This document shows, one piece after another, positions 8,906 through 21,095 of a DNA stretch of 64,000 bases. Every line of letters begins with the position of its first letter. Position 1 is the stretch's first letter. Source of the DNA: an uncultured Gemmatimonadaceae bacterium (GTDB lineage Bacteria; Gemmatimonadota; Gemmatimonadetes; Gemmatimonadales; Gemmatimonadaceae); NCBI GenBank assembly GCA_963829055.1, contig CAWHHI010000004.1, positions 768,001-832,000 of the forward strand. Direction: 5' to 3'. Both the position numbers and the translations under genes were made by a program. Under the pieces are notes generated by a model. It was not told the origin of the DNA. It saw only the letters and a program-made list of their open reading frames with translations, and did not search any database.

Positions 8906-10465
8906 ATGGCTCCCCCCGTAAAGTCTGTGCTGTGGGTCGATGACGAGGCTGACCTTCTCGAGTCGCACCGCATTTTCCTGCGCGAGAAGGGCTACGAGGT
9001 CGAAACCGCGACCAACGCCGACGATGCCGTCGAGCTGCTGAGGCGGCGTCCTTTCGACATCCTGCTGCTCGACGAGCAGATGCCAGGCAAACGCGGTCTC
9101 GAGACGTACAAGGAAGTTCGCGAGCTCGCGCCGAATCTGCCGGTCGTCATGGTGACGAAGAGCGAGGAAGACGCGACGCTCCGCGAAGCCCTGGGCGCGA
9201 ACATCCGCGACTACCTCGTCAAGCCGATCAATCCGCGACAGGTCCTCACTGTCATCACGCGGATTCTCGAAGGCCCACGCATTCGCCAACAGGCGATCGC
9301 GCGTCGTTTCGTCGAGCGGTTCCGCGCGATCGAGGTCGAGCGTGGGCGTGTCCTCGACTGGCGCGGTTGGGTAGAGCGCTACATCGAGCTGATGCAGTGG
9401 GACGTCGACCTCGCTTCCGCAGGAGAGTCTGGGTTATACGAGTCGCTGCGAGGCTTGTATCCGGACATGCATCGCGAGTTCGCCGAGTACATGCGTCAGG
9501 CATATCCGGCGTGGCTGCGCGATCTCGAGGGCGACCGGCCGCCGCTGTCGATCGACATCGTCGGGGAGTTCCTGCTCCCGATGCTGCAGCGCGCACGCTC
9601 CGCGGTGTTCATCGTCGTGGACTGCCTGCGGCTCGATCAGTGGCTCATCATCGAGCCGCTGCTGGCGCCGATGTTCGATGTCGAGCGCACGCACTACTAC
9701 TCGGTGCTGCCGACGGCGACGCCGTATTCGCGGAACGCACTCTTCAGCGGGCTCTTTCCCGGTGAGATCGCGGCGCGTTTTCCGGATTGGTGGGGCGAGC
9801 GCGAGGACGAGACGCTGAACGCCCACGAGCGCGAACTGCTCGAGGCGCATCTGCAGGAGCTCAACTCGCCGCGGGCGGTCAGGTACGCGAAGATCTCGAC
9901 CGCCGCGGACTCGGATGAGCTCGAGCGGCACATGCACAGCGCCATCGCGCCCGAAGGCGTGAGCGCGTTCGTATTCAACTTCGTCGATCTGCTGACGCAC
10001 GGACGCAGCGAGTCGGCGATCCTGTACGAAGTGGCGCGCGACGAGATCGCGTTACGGCAGCTCACTCTCCAATGGTTCCAGCGCTCTGCGCTCCTCGGCG
10101 TACTGCGTGAGGCGGCTCGACGGAAAGTGTCGGTGCTGCTGACGAGCGACCACGGCTCGATTCACTGCCAGACTCCCGCGACGGTGTTCGCGAAGCGCGA
10201 TGCGTCTGCGAATCTCCGCTACAAGTTCGGCGAGGACCTGCGCGCCGAACGACCGGAGCAGGCGCTGTTGTTCCCTAACGAGGATCTGCTGCGCCTGCCT
10301 CGGCGCGGCCTGGGCGCGAACACGCTGCTCGCGGTCTCGGACGGATTCTTCGTCTATCCGACGAAGCTGCGCGAGTACCAGAGCCGATATCGCGGATCAT
10401 TTCTCCACGGCGGCGTTACGCCGGAAGAATGCATCCTGCCGGTCGCGCTGCTGACGCCGAAATGA
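8906..10465 (+). CDS. PorX-like response regulator: receiver domain plus PglZ (alkaline phosphatase superfamily) domain
   Basis: VLWVDDE, LLDEQMPG, MVTKSEE receiver; VVDCLRLDQW, LPTATPYSRNALFSG, NFVDLLTH, TSDHG, FLHGG. Confidence 0.92.
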   Translation: MAPPVKSVLWVDDEADLLESHRIFLREKGYEVETATNADDAVELLRRRPFDILLLDEQMPGKRGLETYKEVRELAPNLPVVMVTKSEEDATLREALGANIRDYLVKPINPRQVLTVITRILEGPRIRQQAIARRFVERFRAIEVERGRVLDWRGWVERYIELMQWDVDLASAGESGLYESLRGLYPDMHREFAEYMRQAYPAWLRDLEGDRPPLSIDIVGEFLLPMLQRARSAVFIVVDCLRLDQWLIIEPLLAPMFDVERTHYYSVLPTATPYSRNALFSGLFPGEIAARFPDWWGEREDETLNAHERELLEAHLQELNSPRAVRYAKISTAADSDELERHMHSAIAPEGVSAFVFNFVDLLTHGRSESAILYEVARDEIALRQLTLQWFQRSALLGVLREAARRKVSVLLTSDHGSIHCQTPATVFAKRDASANLRYKFGEDLRAERPEQALLFPNEDLLRLPRRGLGANTLLAVSDGFFVYPTKLREYQSRYRGSFLHGGVTPEECILPVALLTPK

Positions 10466-10484
10466 TCTCGTCGCCTCGCGACTG

Positions 10485-12317
10485 ATGTATCGGCGCCTTC
10501 TGGTCTTCCTCAGGCCACATTGCTGGCGGATGGTGGGCACGCTCGCGTGCAACATCATCGCCGCCGTGCTGGACGTGTTCAGCCTGACGCTGCTGATCCC
10601 GTTCCTCAACCAGCTGTTCGGTCAGCCGAACATCTCGTCGGTCTCGGAGTTCCAGCGCCGCCTGCTCGGCAATCTGTTCGACGTCTCGAATCGGCACGTG
10701 GCACTGAGGAACATCATCGCCGTGATCCTCACGGCGGTCGTCCTCAAGAACCTGTTCGTGTGGGCGAGCGGACAACTCGGTGCGCGGCTCCAGGAGTACG
10801 TCACGCGTGACCTGCGAAATGCCCTGTACTCGCATCTGCAGCGCCTGCCGCTTGGTTACTTCATTCGTGTGAAGACGGGCGACATCCTCGCCCGCGTGCT
10901 GAACGACACGCAGCAGACGAAGCAGGTCATCACGCAGGCGGTCACGCAATCCGTGCAGAGCGTCGCGAACGTCCTGGTCGCGGTCGTGACGCTGCTGTTC
11001 ATGTCGTGGCGTCTCTTCCTGCTCGCCGCCGTCGTCGCGCCGCTGCTGATCGCGACACTCCAGCCGCTGCTGCGCCGGTTGCGGCGCGGCCATCGCCGAC
11101 TGAGCAACCAGTACGGTGAGATGACGGCCGTCGTTCAGGAGTCGGTGAGCGGCATCAGGCTCGTGAAGTCGTTCGCGGGCGAGGCCTACGAGGAGTCCCG
11201 CTTTCGCGAGGAGAGCAGCCGTTACGCACGAGGCATGGTCCGGGTGACCCGGATCTCGGTCCTCGCGCAGCCCATCACCGAAACGCTCGGAACCGCGATT
11301 GCCGTCGCCATTCTGTGGGTCGGTGCGCGAATGGTCGACAACGGTGCGATGGACGGCGCTACGCTCATCGCGTTCCTCCTCATCGTCATGCGCACCCTTC
11401 AGCCGCTCAAGCAGCTATCGCAGGTGCCGACGACCGCACAGCAATCACTCGCCTCTGCCGAGCGGATCTTCGAGGTCCTCGACAGCCCGACCGAGGCGAG
11501 CCTGGACCGCGGAACCGTCGCGCCGGCGCGATTCGAGCGAGCGCTCGAGTTCGAGCGTGTCTCGTTCGCGTACGACAAGGAGCTGGTCCTCACGGATGTC
11601 TCGCTCGTGGCCGCCAAAGGCGATGTCATCGCGCTCGTCGGCGCGAGCGGAGCCGGGAAGAGCACGCTCGTCGATCTCATCCCGCGCTTCTACGAACCGA
11701 CCTCGGGGCGCATCCTGCTCGACGGCGTCGACACGCGCGAGATCGCGTTGCCTGCACTTCGATCGTTCATCGGGATCGTGAGTCAGGATACGGTGCTGTT
11801 CAACGATACCGTTAGGCACAACCTCGCGTACGGCGCCGCCGGCAAGTATTCGGACGAGCAGATCGAGCAAGCCGCGCGTGCGGCGAACGCGCACAAGTTC
11901 ATCGCCGAGCTTCCCGACGGCTACAATACGGTGCTCGGCGAGCGCGGGACGCGGCTGTCCGGCGGTCAACGGCAGCGGCTGTCGATCGCCCGCGCACTGC
12001 TCGTCGACCCGCCGATTCTCATCCTCGACGAGGCGACGTCCGCGCTCGACACGGAGTCCGAACGGCTCGTGCAGGAAGCGATCGACCGACTGCTCGAAGG
12101 GCGGACTGTGTTCGTCATCGCGCACCGGCTATCCACGATCGCCCATGCCGATCAAATTCTGGTGATGGATCGTGGGCGGGTGGTCGAGCACGGAACGCAC
12201 AGCGCTCTGCTGGCGCGCCGTGGCCATTATCATCGCCTGCACACCCTGCAGTTTGCCGACGGTCACAATGCCGACGCCATGTTTCAGCCGGCCGAGTCCC
12301 CAGTCCCCAGTCCCTGA
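10485..12317 (+). CDS. msbA: ABC transporter permease/ATPase fusion, lipid A flippase MsbA-like
   Basis: TM domain plus GASGAGKS, LSGGQRQR, ILILDEATSALD, IAHRLST; LPS gene context. Confidence 0.85.
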   Translation: MYRRLLVFLRPHCWRMVGTLACNIIAAVLDVFSLTLLIPFLNQLFGQPNISSVSEFQRRLLGNLFDVSNRHVALRNIIAVILTAVVLKNLFVWASGQLGARLQEYVTRDLRNALYSHLQRLPLGYFIRVKTGDILARVLNDTQQTKQVITQAVTQSVQSVANVLVAVVTLLFMSWRLFLLAAVVAPLLIATLQPLLRRLRRGHRRLSNQYGEMTAVVQESVSGIRLVKSFAGEAYEESRFREESSRYARGMVRVTRISVLAQPITETLGTAIAVAILWVGARMVDNGAMDGATLIAFLLIVMRTLQPLKQLSQVPTTAQQSLASAERIFEVLDSPTEASLDRGTVAPARFERALEFERVSFAYDKELVLTDVSLVAAKGDVIALVGASGAGKSTLVDLIPRFYEPTSGRILLDGVDTREIALPALRSFIGIVSQDTVLFNDTVRHNLAYGAAGKYSDEQIEQAARAANAHKFIAELPDGYNTVLGERGTRLSGGQRQRLSIARALLVDPPILILDEATSALDTESERLVQEAIDRLLEGRTVFVIAHRLSTIAHADQILVMDRGRVVEHGTHSALLARRGHYHRLHTLQFADGHNADAMFQPAESPVPSP

Positions 12318-12328
12318 CCCCCGTCTGA

Positions 12329-13439
12329 TTGCGCGTTCTGTTCTACTACTCGCCGGGTGAGTGGTCGGGAAGCGCACGCGCGTTTGCCGCCGCCGCGGTC
12401 GCGATGGCTGGCCGCGGCTACCAGTGCACGTACGTGTGCCGGGCGGACAGCACGGTCGAGGATCGCCTAACGCCGGGCGCGGAGAAGCTGCCGGGTGTGG
12501 AGCTGACCCCGATGCCGATGGGCGGCCCGTGGATGCACGAGAGTCTGCGACTGCGGCAGGTACTGCTCGAGCACTACGTCGAAGTCGTGTTCGTGCATTC
12601 GGAACGCGAGCAGCTGGTGGCGTCGCTCGCGATTCGTCTCGCCGAACGGGCGGCGCTCGTGCGCCGCGTGCCGGCGGGGATGAAGCTCGCGCGCGGGCCC
12701 GAAGCGAAGCTGGGCGAACGGCTGGCCGCCACCGGCTATCTGTTCACGACGGAGCCGCCAGGCGGGAACGGCTGCGGTGTCGCGGGGTGCCTTCGAGCCG
12801 GTCGCGGCTGACGTCGGCGTCTCCGTCGAATCGATCGAACAGGTTCGCCCCGCACCACTCGCCGCGATCGGCGCGAGCGGTGGGAATCAGCTCATCGCGT
12901 GCGTGTACGATCCGACCGCTCGACGCCGCGTAGGCGCGCTTCTTCGCGCGGTGGCATTGCTCGCGCCGCGCCACCCCGGGCTTCGCCTCGCCATCGTTGG
13001 CCCCGGGTCCGAGGACGAAGACCTGCGCATGCATGCCGCCGCGTTAGGGATCACCGAGATCGTTGCGCACCTCGGCCAGCGCCCGGACCAGCAGTCGGTG
13101 CTCTCGGCCGCGGAGCTCGCGTGGGTTGCCGCCGGAGGGGACAACGCCGCGTTCGGCTACCTCGACCTCATGGCGCTTCGCGTCCCGGTTCTCGCGGAGC
13201 GCGACACACTGTCGCAGCGGTACGTCGCCGACGGCATCTCGGGGATGCTGCTGGCGCAGCCGGATCCCGGCACCATGGCGGCGCGGATCGCCGTGCTGCT
13301 CGCGCACGAAGAGCGACGCGTCGCCATGGGGAGCGCCGGCCGCGCGCGGGTGAGCCGTGATTTCTCCGAGGAAGGGATGATCGACGGCTTCGAGCGCGCC
13401 ACGGAGATCGCTCGGGACCGGAAGCGTTGGCGAACGTGA
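12329..13439 (+). CDS. Glycosyltransferase family 4 (GT-B)-like protein, divergent; frameshifted near 12760-12780
   Basis: Two adjoining ORFs (12329-12811, 12777-13439) give N- and C-domains: LAIVGPG, LDLMALRVPV, DGISGML, MGSAGRARV..FS. Confidence 0.75.
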
Positions 13440-14293
13440 CCCGTGCGCCGATGACGCCCGGCGGCGACCGCGTTCCGTGCTCTGTCATCATCGCCGCGAA
13501 GGACGAGGCCGACGAGATCGCCGAGTGCATCGCGAGCGTCGCGTGGGCCGCGGAGATCATCGTCGTCGAGAACGATTCGACGGACGACACGGTTGCGATC
13601 GCGCGGGAGGCTGGGGCGATCGTCTTCAGCCATCCATTCGAGACCATCGGCTGCCAGCGCAACGCCGCAATCGCGCGCGCGCGGCACCCGTGGATTCTGG
13701 TCGTCGATGCGGATGAGCGCGGTACGCTTCCGCTCCGCGAGGAGATCGCGGGCGTGATCGCCGCCGGCGGTTCGGACGTCGCCTTTCGCGTTAGGCGACG
13801 CAATATGTTCCTCGGCCGCGAGATCAAGCATGGCGGTTGGGAGCGTGACCGGCCGGTGCGTCTCTTCCGGAATCGCATGCGCTACGACGAGCGCCCCGTC
13901 CACGAGCACGTGATGACGGACGGCCCGGTCGGCGAGCTGAAGCAGCCGCTGATTCATTTTCCCTATGCGACACTGGCCGAGTACTTCGCGAAGCTCGATC
14001 GCTACAGTCGCTGGTGGGCCGAGCAGAACTTCGCGCGCGGTCGTCGGACGAGTGCGTGGACGATCGCGCTCAAGCCTCCGGCGCGCTTCCTGTCCATGTA
14101 CGTGATACGCGCGGGCTTTCTCGACGGCACGCCAGGCGTGATCGTCGCGGCGCTCGCCGCGATGAGCGTGGCGGCGAAGTATGCCCGCCTGTGGGAACTG
14201 CAACGGGGATTGGGGACTGGGGACTCGGGACTGGGAGCGCGTCGACTCGGCGAAGACGCGGAGCGACCGGAAGAACTCGCGAGTCCAAAATGA
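13427..14293 (+). CDS. Glycosyltransferase family 2 (WaaE/KdtX-like LPS core)
   Basis: SVIIAAKDE, STDDT, QRNAAI, WILVVDADE, VHE, KLDRYS, GFLDG. Confidence 0.9.
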   Translation: MANVTRAPMTPGGDRVPCSVIIAAKDEADEIAECIASVAWAAEIIVVENDSTDDTVAIAREAGAIVFSHPFETIGCQRNAAIARARHPWILVVDADERGTLPLREEIAGVIAAGGSDVAFRVRRRNMFLGREIKHGGWERDRPVRLFRNRMRYDERPVHEHVMTDGPVGELKQPLIHFPYATLAEYFAKLDRYSRWWAEQNFARGRRTSAWTIALKPPARFLSMYVIRAGFLDGTPGVIVAALAAMSVAAKYARLWELQRGLGTGDSGLGARRLGEDAERPEELASPK

Positions 14294-15240
14294 CGTCGCC
14301 GGTCCCCAGTCCTCCGTCCCCAGTCCCTGTCTCGTTCGCTCACCGCGCCGAGTTCACGGCGCTGCGCGCAGTCGTGAGCACGTTAGGTGCGCTCGACTGG
14401 GAGACAGCGGGAAACATCGGAGCCCGGATCGGCGCACTCGGCTATCGTCCACTGGGCATCCGTCGCGGTGTCGTCGAGCGCCAGATCGCGGCGGCCTTCC
14501 CGGAGCTCGCTGAGGCCGATGTCCGACGTATCGCGCTCGGCGCCTACGAGAACCTCGGCCGCTCATCCATCGAGGCCGCGATCCTGCCGCGACTCGGGCC
14601 TAACGCCGTACTCGACAAGTTCGAGGGCGCCGATGACTACGACATCGTCGAGGAAGCCAGAAGCAAGGGCCGCGGCCTGATCTTCGTCACGGGCCACCTC
14701 GGCAACTGGGAGCTCGCCGGCGCGTACGTCGCGGCGCGTGGCATTCCGCTCGACGCCATTGCGCGCCGCATGAAGAATCCACTGTTCGATCGCTATCTCA
14801 CGGAGACTCGCTCGCAGATCGGCATGCACGTCGTGCACGACTCGGAAGCCGTGCGTCGGACGCCGCGGTCGTTGCGAGAAGGGAGGGCCGTCGCGTTTCT
14901 CTCGGACCAGGGCGTGCTCGGCCTCGCGTCCACGTTCGTGCCGTTCTTCGGTCGCCCCGCGAAGACGCCGCGAGGACCGGCGGTCTTTGCGCTGCGCCTC
15001 GACGTTCCCGTCGTGTTCGGTGCCGCTGTGCGTCAGCCGAGCGGCAAGTATCGCCTCGTATTCGAGCGCGTCGCGGTCGAGGACACCGGCGATCGCGACC
15101 GCGATGTCGACGCGATCGTTGCACGTTACACCGCGGCGCTCGAGCGCTGGGTGAGGCGCTACCCGGAGCAGTATTTCTGGCACCACCGCCGCTGGCGCCG
15201 CCAGCCGCCTGACACTCCGCCCGAGCTGCGCGAGCCATGA
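14290..15240 (+). CDS. lpxL: Lipid A biosynthesis acyltransferase (LpxL/HtrB family)
   Basis: TGHLGNWE, LSDQ, VPFFGRPA, PEQYFWHHRRW; ATGA overlap with the GT2 stop. Confidence 0.9.
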   Translation: MTSPVPSPPSPVPVSFAHRAEFTALRAVVSTLGALDWETAGNIGARIGALGYRPLGIRRGVVERQIAAAFPELAEADVRRIALGAYENLGRSSIEAAILPRLGPNAVLDKFEGADDYDIVEEARSKGRGLIFVTGHLGNWELAGAYVAARGIPLDAIARRMKNPLFDRYLTETRSQIGMHVVHDSEAVRRTPRSLREGRAVAFLSDQGVLGLASTFVPFFGRPAKTPRGPAVFALRLDVPVVFGAAVRQPSGKYRLVFERVAVEDTGDRDRDVDAIVARYTAALERWVRRYPEQYFWHHRRWRRQPPDTPPELREP

Positions 15241-15256
15241 CGCCGAAGCGCTCGTC

Positions 15257-16147
15257 GTGAATCGGTCCGTGTGGGCGACGCTCCGGCGCGATACGCGTTC
15301 GTTGATCGGCCTCGTGGTCATCGCGCTGATCGTCGCGGGGGCAGTGTTCGCGCCGCTGATCGCCACGGACGATCCGTTGCGGATCGACCTCGTTCGCCGC
15401 CTCACGGCGCCGTCGGCCGCGCACTGGATGGGTACGGACGTACAGGGGCGTGACATCTGGTCGCGGCTCGTCTACGGCGCGCGCGTCTCGCTCGCCGTCG
15501 GGTTGATCTCGCAGATCATCGCGCTCACGCTCGGCGTCGTGTTCGGCCTTCTGGCTGGGTACTATGGCCGCTGGGTCGACGAGCTCGTCATGCGGCTCGC
15601 GGACATCACGCTCGCATTCCCGACGCTGCTCCTGCTCATCGCGATGGTCGCGGCGCTCAACCCGTCGCTCGGTGTGGTGCTGCTCACCATCGGCATCGTC
15701 GGCTGGGCCGGAATGGCGAGGCTCGTGCGAGGACAGGTACTCGTGGTGCGCCAGCTCGAGTACGTGCAGGCCGTGCGCGCGCTGGGTGCGCGCGACACGC
15801 GCATCATCGCCCGTCACGTGCTGCCTAACGTCGTCGCGCCGGTCGTCATCGCCGCGACCCTCGGCGTTGCCGGCGCGATCATGGCGGAGGCCGCGCTCTC
15901 GTTCCTCGGCCTCGGCGTCCAGCCGCCGACGCCGAGCTGGGGCGGCATGATCGCCGACGGACGCGACCTCAATCTCCTGCGCAACGCACCGTGGACGTCC
16001 GTCTTCCCCGGGCTCGCGATCGGTGCGGCGGTGTTGGGCTTCAACCTGCTCGGCGACGCGCTCCGTGACGCGCTCGACCCGCGCCGCATCGACGTCGCCG
16101 CGCCGCCTGCGACCGCCGGAGTCCCGACAGCCGAGGTAGAACCGTGA
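15257..16147 (+). CDS. Peptide/nickel ABC transporter permease (DppC/OppC family)
   Basis: HWMGTDVQGRD, YGARVSL, EYVQAVRALGA loop, HVLPN, LSFLGLG, SWGGMI. Confidence 0.93.
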   Translation: MNRSVWATLRRDTRSLIGLVVIALIVAGAVFAPLIATDDPLRIDLVRRLTAPSAAHWMGTDVQGRDIWSRLVYGARVSLAVGLISQIIALTLGVVFGLLAGYYGRWVDELVMRLADITLAFPTLLLLIAMVAALNPSLGVVLLTIGIVGWAGMARLVRGQVLVVRQLEYVQAVRALGARDTRIIARHVLPNVVAPVVIAATLGVAGAIMAEAALSFLGLGVQPPTPSWGGMIADGRDLNLLRNAPWTSVFPGLAIGAAVLGFNLLGDALRDALDPRRIDVAAPPATAGVPTAEVEP

Positions 16148-17296
16148 TCGATCAGTTGCGCGAGCTTCGCGCGCGTGAATTTCCGTGGGCTGTGCGCGGC
16201 GACCAGACATTCTCTGAATCACGCGTCGACCGGGCCGCTGCCTCAGCGCGCGGTCGACGCATTGCAGGAGCTCACGGCGCTGCGCGCGACGCCGTGGCGG
16301 TACAGCCAGGAGATCCAGTTCGGCACGCTGGCAAAAGCGCGCGCCGGTTGTGCGCGGCTCATTGGTGCCGCGCCGAGCGAGATCGCGTGCATGGTGAACA
16401 CGTCCTATGGCCTGAACCTCGCGGCGCGTGCGTTGCCGTTTGAACCCGGCGACGTCGTGATCACGAGCGATCGTGAGTATCCCTCCAACATCTACCCGTG
16501 GATGGAGCTCGAGGCGGCGCGGGGTGTGACGCTCGCGCGCGTGCCCTGCGCGGGTACGTTGCCTGACGAGGAAGCGATCCTCGCGGCGCTCGACGGTCCA
16601 CGCGTGCGGGCGCTCGTGCTGTCGTGGGTCTCGTTCGCGACGGGCTACCGGATCGACGTCGCTCGGCTCGGTCGCGCCTGTCGCGAGCGCGGGATCTGGT
16701 TCGTGCTCGATGCCATTCAGGGCGTCGGTGCGGCGCCGCTGGATGTCGCCGCGGAGCAGGTGGACATCGTCGCGTGCGGCGCGCAGAAGTGGCTGCTGTC
16801 GCCGTGGGGAACCGGGTTCGTCTGGGTGCGCCCTGACCTCGTGCAGTCGCTGCGTCCCGTGGACGTGAGCTGGATGGCCACGCGCAACTCCGATGACTTC
16901 ACTCGGCTGATCGACTACGACTTCACGTACCGCGATGACGCACGTCGTTTCGAGATGATCACGCTGCCGTACCAGGACTTCGGGGGGCTGAACGCGAGTC
17001 TCGATCTCTTCCTCGAGGTGGGCCTCGCCGAGGTGTACGAGCAGGTCGCGAGGCTGACCGGGCGAATCGTGCAGTGGGCGTTAGGCAGCGCCGACGTCCG
17101 GCTGGTGACGCCGGCCGACCCGACTCGTCGCGCGGGCATCGTGGCCGTGGCACCGCGCGACCCAGTCGCGGCGTCGGATCGCCTCACGGCCGCCGGTGTG
17201 ACGCACTCGTTGCGTGAGGGGGCGATCCGCTTGTCGCCCCATTTCTATAACACCGATGAGGAGATCGACACGGCGCTGGCGCTGCTCGAGGGCTAG
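16144..17296 (+). CDS. Aminotransferase class V (cysteine desulfurase-like) PLP enzyme; frameshift near 16212
   Basis: LRAREFP then LNHASTGP after the shift; NTSYGL, EYPSN, DAIQG, QKWLLSPWG, IRLSPHFYN. Confidence 0.9.
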
Positions 17297-17302
17297 ATGG
17301 CC

Positions 17303-17480
17303 GTCATTCCGAGCGAGCCGGGAAGCGAGTCGCGGAATCGAGAGCTGTACTGGCAGAGTGACGCCTGTCGCACGAGACTGATCGCGAATTGCCTCGGACT
17401 GCGGCCCTGCGGCGCCTTCGCGTCAGGAATGAGCAAAGCCGTCCGCTCGGTCATCCGACACATGCCGCTCGGAATGTACA
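17303..17480. repeat. GTCATTCCGAGCG repeat family, copy 2 (degenerate), between convergent genes
   Basis: GTCATTCCGAGCGAG...AGTCGCGGAATC at 17303 and inverted CGCTCGGAATG near 17466-17476. Confidence 0.75.
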
Positions 17481-17488
17481 GCCGCCGC

Positions 17489-18835
<1,347 letters not shown>

Positions 18836-18871
18836 AGCGGTAAGATATTCCAGCGTTACCTTCCCCGCCCG

Positions 18872-21093
18872 ATGAAAAAACCTTCCCGTCTGCGCCGATT
18901 CACCGAAGCGCACCCGAGACTCGTTCGCTCCGTTCTCTTCGCGCTGACGTTCGGCATCGCGTTCGCGGGGGGCATCGCGTACTCGAGCTGGACCCTCGTC
19001 TGCCAGGGCGGCCGCTGCCCGACGATCCAGATTCTGGATACCTACACGCCGCGGCAAACGTCGAAGGTCTACGCGGCGGACGGACGCTTCGTCTCCGAGA
19101 TCGGTCTCGAGCGACGCACGCTCGTCAAGATCGCGGAGATCCCGAAGGTCGTCCGCGACGCGTTCGTCCTCACCGAGGACAAGCGCTTCTACAAGCACTC
19201 CGGGATCGACTGGATCCGCGTTCCGGGCGCGGCACTCAAGAACCTCCGCGCCGGATCGTGGGATGAAGGCTTCTCCACGATCACCATGCAGCTCGCCCGC
19301 AACGTCTTTCCAGACCGCATCTCGCGGGAGAGGAGAGGCATGGCGGGGCTCGTTCGGAAGGTCAAGGAAGCGAAAGTCGCGCGCCTGATCGAATCGCGAT
19401 ACTCGAAGGACAAGATCCTCGAGCTCTATCTCAATCAGATCAACCTCGGCAACGGTGCGTACGGCGTCGAGACGGCTTCGCAGCGCTACTTCGGGAAATC
19501 CGTTCACGACCTGAACCTCGCCGAGGCGGCGACGCTTGCCGCGTTGCCAAAAGCCCCAGCGCGCTATAACCCGCGTCGCTTCCCCGAGCGCGCGATCCAG
19601 CGACGCAACCTCGTCGTCGAGCTCATGCGACGGAACGGCGCGATCAACGACGCCGACGCCAGCCTCGCGAAAGCCTATCCGTTGCAACTTGGAAGTAAGA
19701 CGGAATCAGGCGAGGTCGCACCGTATTTCATCGAGTGGGTCCGCCAGCAGCTCGACGAAAAGTTCGGCGCCAGACTGTACGAGCAGGGCCTCAAGGTCTA
19801 CACGACGCTGGACTTCGACATGCAGTCCGCGGCGGAGCGCGCGCTCGAGAATCAGCTGCGCGCGATCGAGGGCGGGAAGTACGGCAAGTTCCCGCACCCG
19901 ACCTACGAGCAGCTCGCCGCGCGCGCGGCGAGTGGCGACGAGAGCGCGACGCCCAACTCTCCGTACCTGCAGGGCGCGTTCATCGTCATGGACCCCCGCG
20001 ACGGATCGGTGCGGGCGCTCATCGGTGGACGCCAGTTCGACGACTCGAAGTTCAATCGCGCGACGCAGGCGCTCCGTCAGCCGGGCTCGACGTTCAAGCC
20101 CATCGTCTATTCCGCGGCCATCGAGAACGGCCGCACACCGGCGACGATCGTCCTCGACTCGGCCGTGACGGTGCCGCAGGTGGGCGAAGCGTGGACGCCG
20201 CAGAACTACGACGGCAAGTTCGAGGGCCCGATCCCGTTGCGTCGCGCGCTCTACATGTCGCGCAACCTGCCCGCGATCCGCACCGGCATGGAGCTCGGCG
20301 AGCAGACCGTGATCAACATGGCGAAGCGGTTCGGCATCTCGTCGACCATTCCGCCGTACCCGTCGATCCACATCGGCTCAGCCGACGTGTTCCCGCTCGA
20401 GATGGTTTCCGCGTACACGACGTTCGCGAATCTTGGTGTGCGTGCGCAGGCGAACCCGATCCGTCGCGTCGAGAATCAGAAGGGCGAGGTGTTGTGGGAG
20501 CCGCAACCGGTTCGCTCGCAGGTGCTCACCCCGCAGGAAGCGTGGCTCATGGTGAGCATGATGAAGGACGTCGTGCAGCGCGGCACTGCCGCCGGGAGTG
20601 TGGGCTCGCGCTTCTACGTGCCGTCAGGCGGAAAGACGGGCACCACGAACGACGGCGCTGACGTCTGGTACATCGGCTACACGGCGGACCTCGTTGCCGG
20701 CGTCTGGATGGGCTTCGACCGGCCGCAGAAGATCAAGGCGAACGCCCAGGGCGGCGAGCTCGCCGCGCCGGCCTACACGTCGTTCATGACGGAAGTCTAC
20801 CGTCGCAGGCCGGCGTCGCCTGACTGGCCGCGCCCGGACGGTATCACGACCCGCGACATCGATCGCACCACGGGCCAGCTCGCGAACCCGTACTGTCCGG
20901 TGGACGTGGTGGTCACGGAATACTTCATCGCCGGCACAGAGCCGGTGCAGGAATGCACCGAGCACTCGCCGTTCAACATGGGTCAGGCGTTCGACACGGC
21001 TGGGCGCCCCATTCCACCCGGAACGCGACCGGGAACGCCCTGCCGCCGGGGAAGGCCCCGCGCGACACGACGAATCCGTTCAAGATCCCGTAG
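18872..21093 (+). CDS. Class A penicillin-binding protein (PBP1A family)
   Basis: EDKRFYKH, GFSTITMQLARN, RKVKE, ILELYLN; transpeptidase STFK, SRN, KTG; probable indel near 21040 (as-is ORF ends at 21142). Confidence 0.93.
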
Positions 21094-21095
21094 CA

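Noticed and set aside
8906..10465. BREX/Pgl phage defence system suggested by the PglZ domain
   Set aside because: PglZ is fused to a receiver domain (PorX architecture) and no brxC, pglX or brxL genes are nearby
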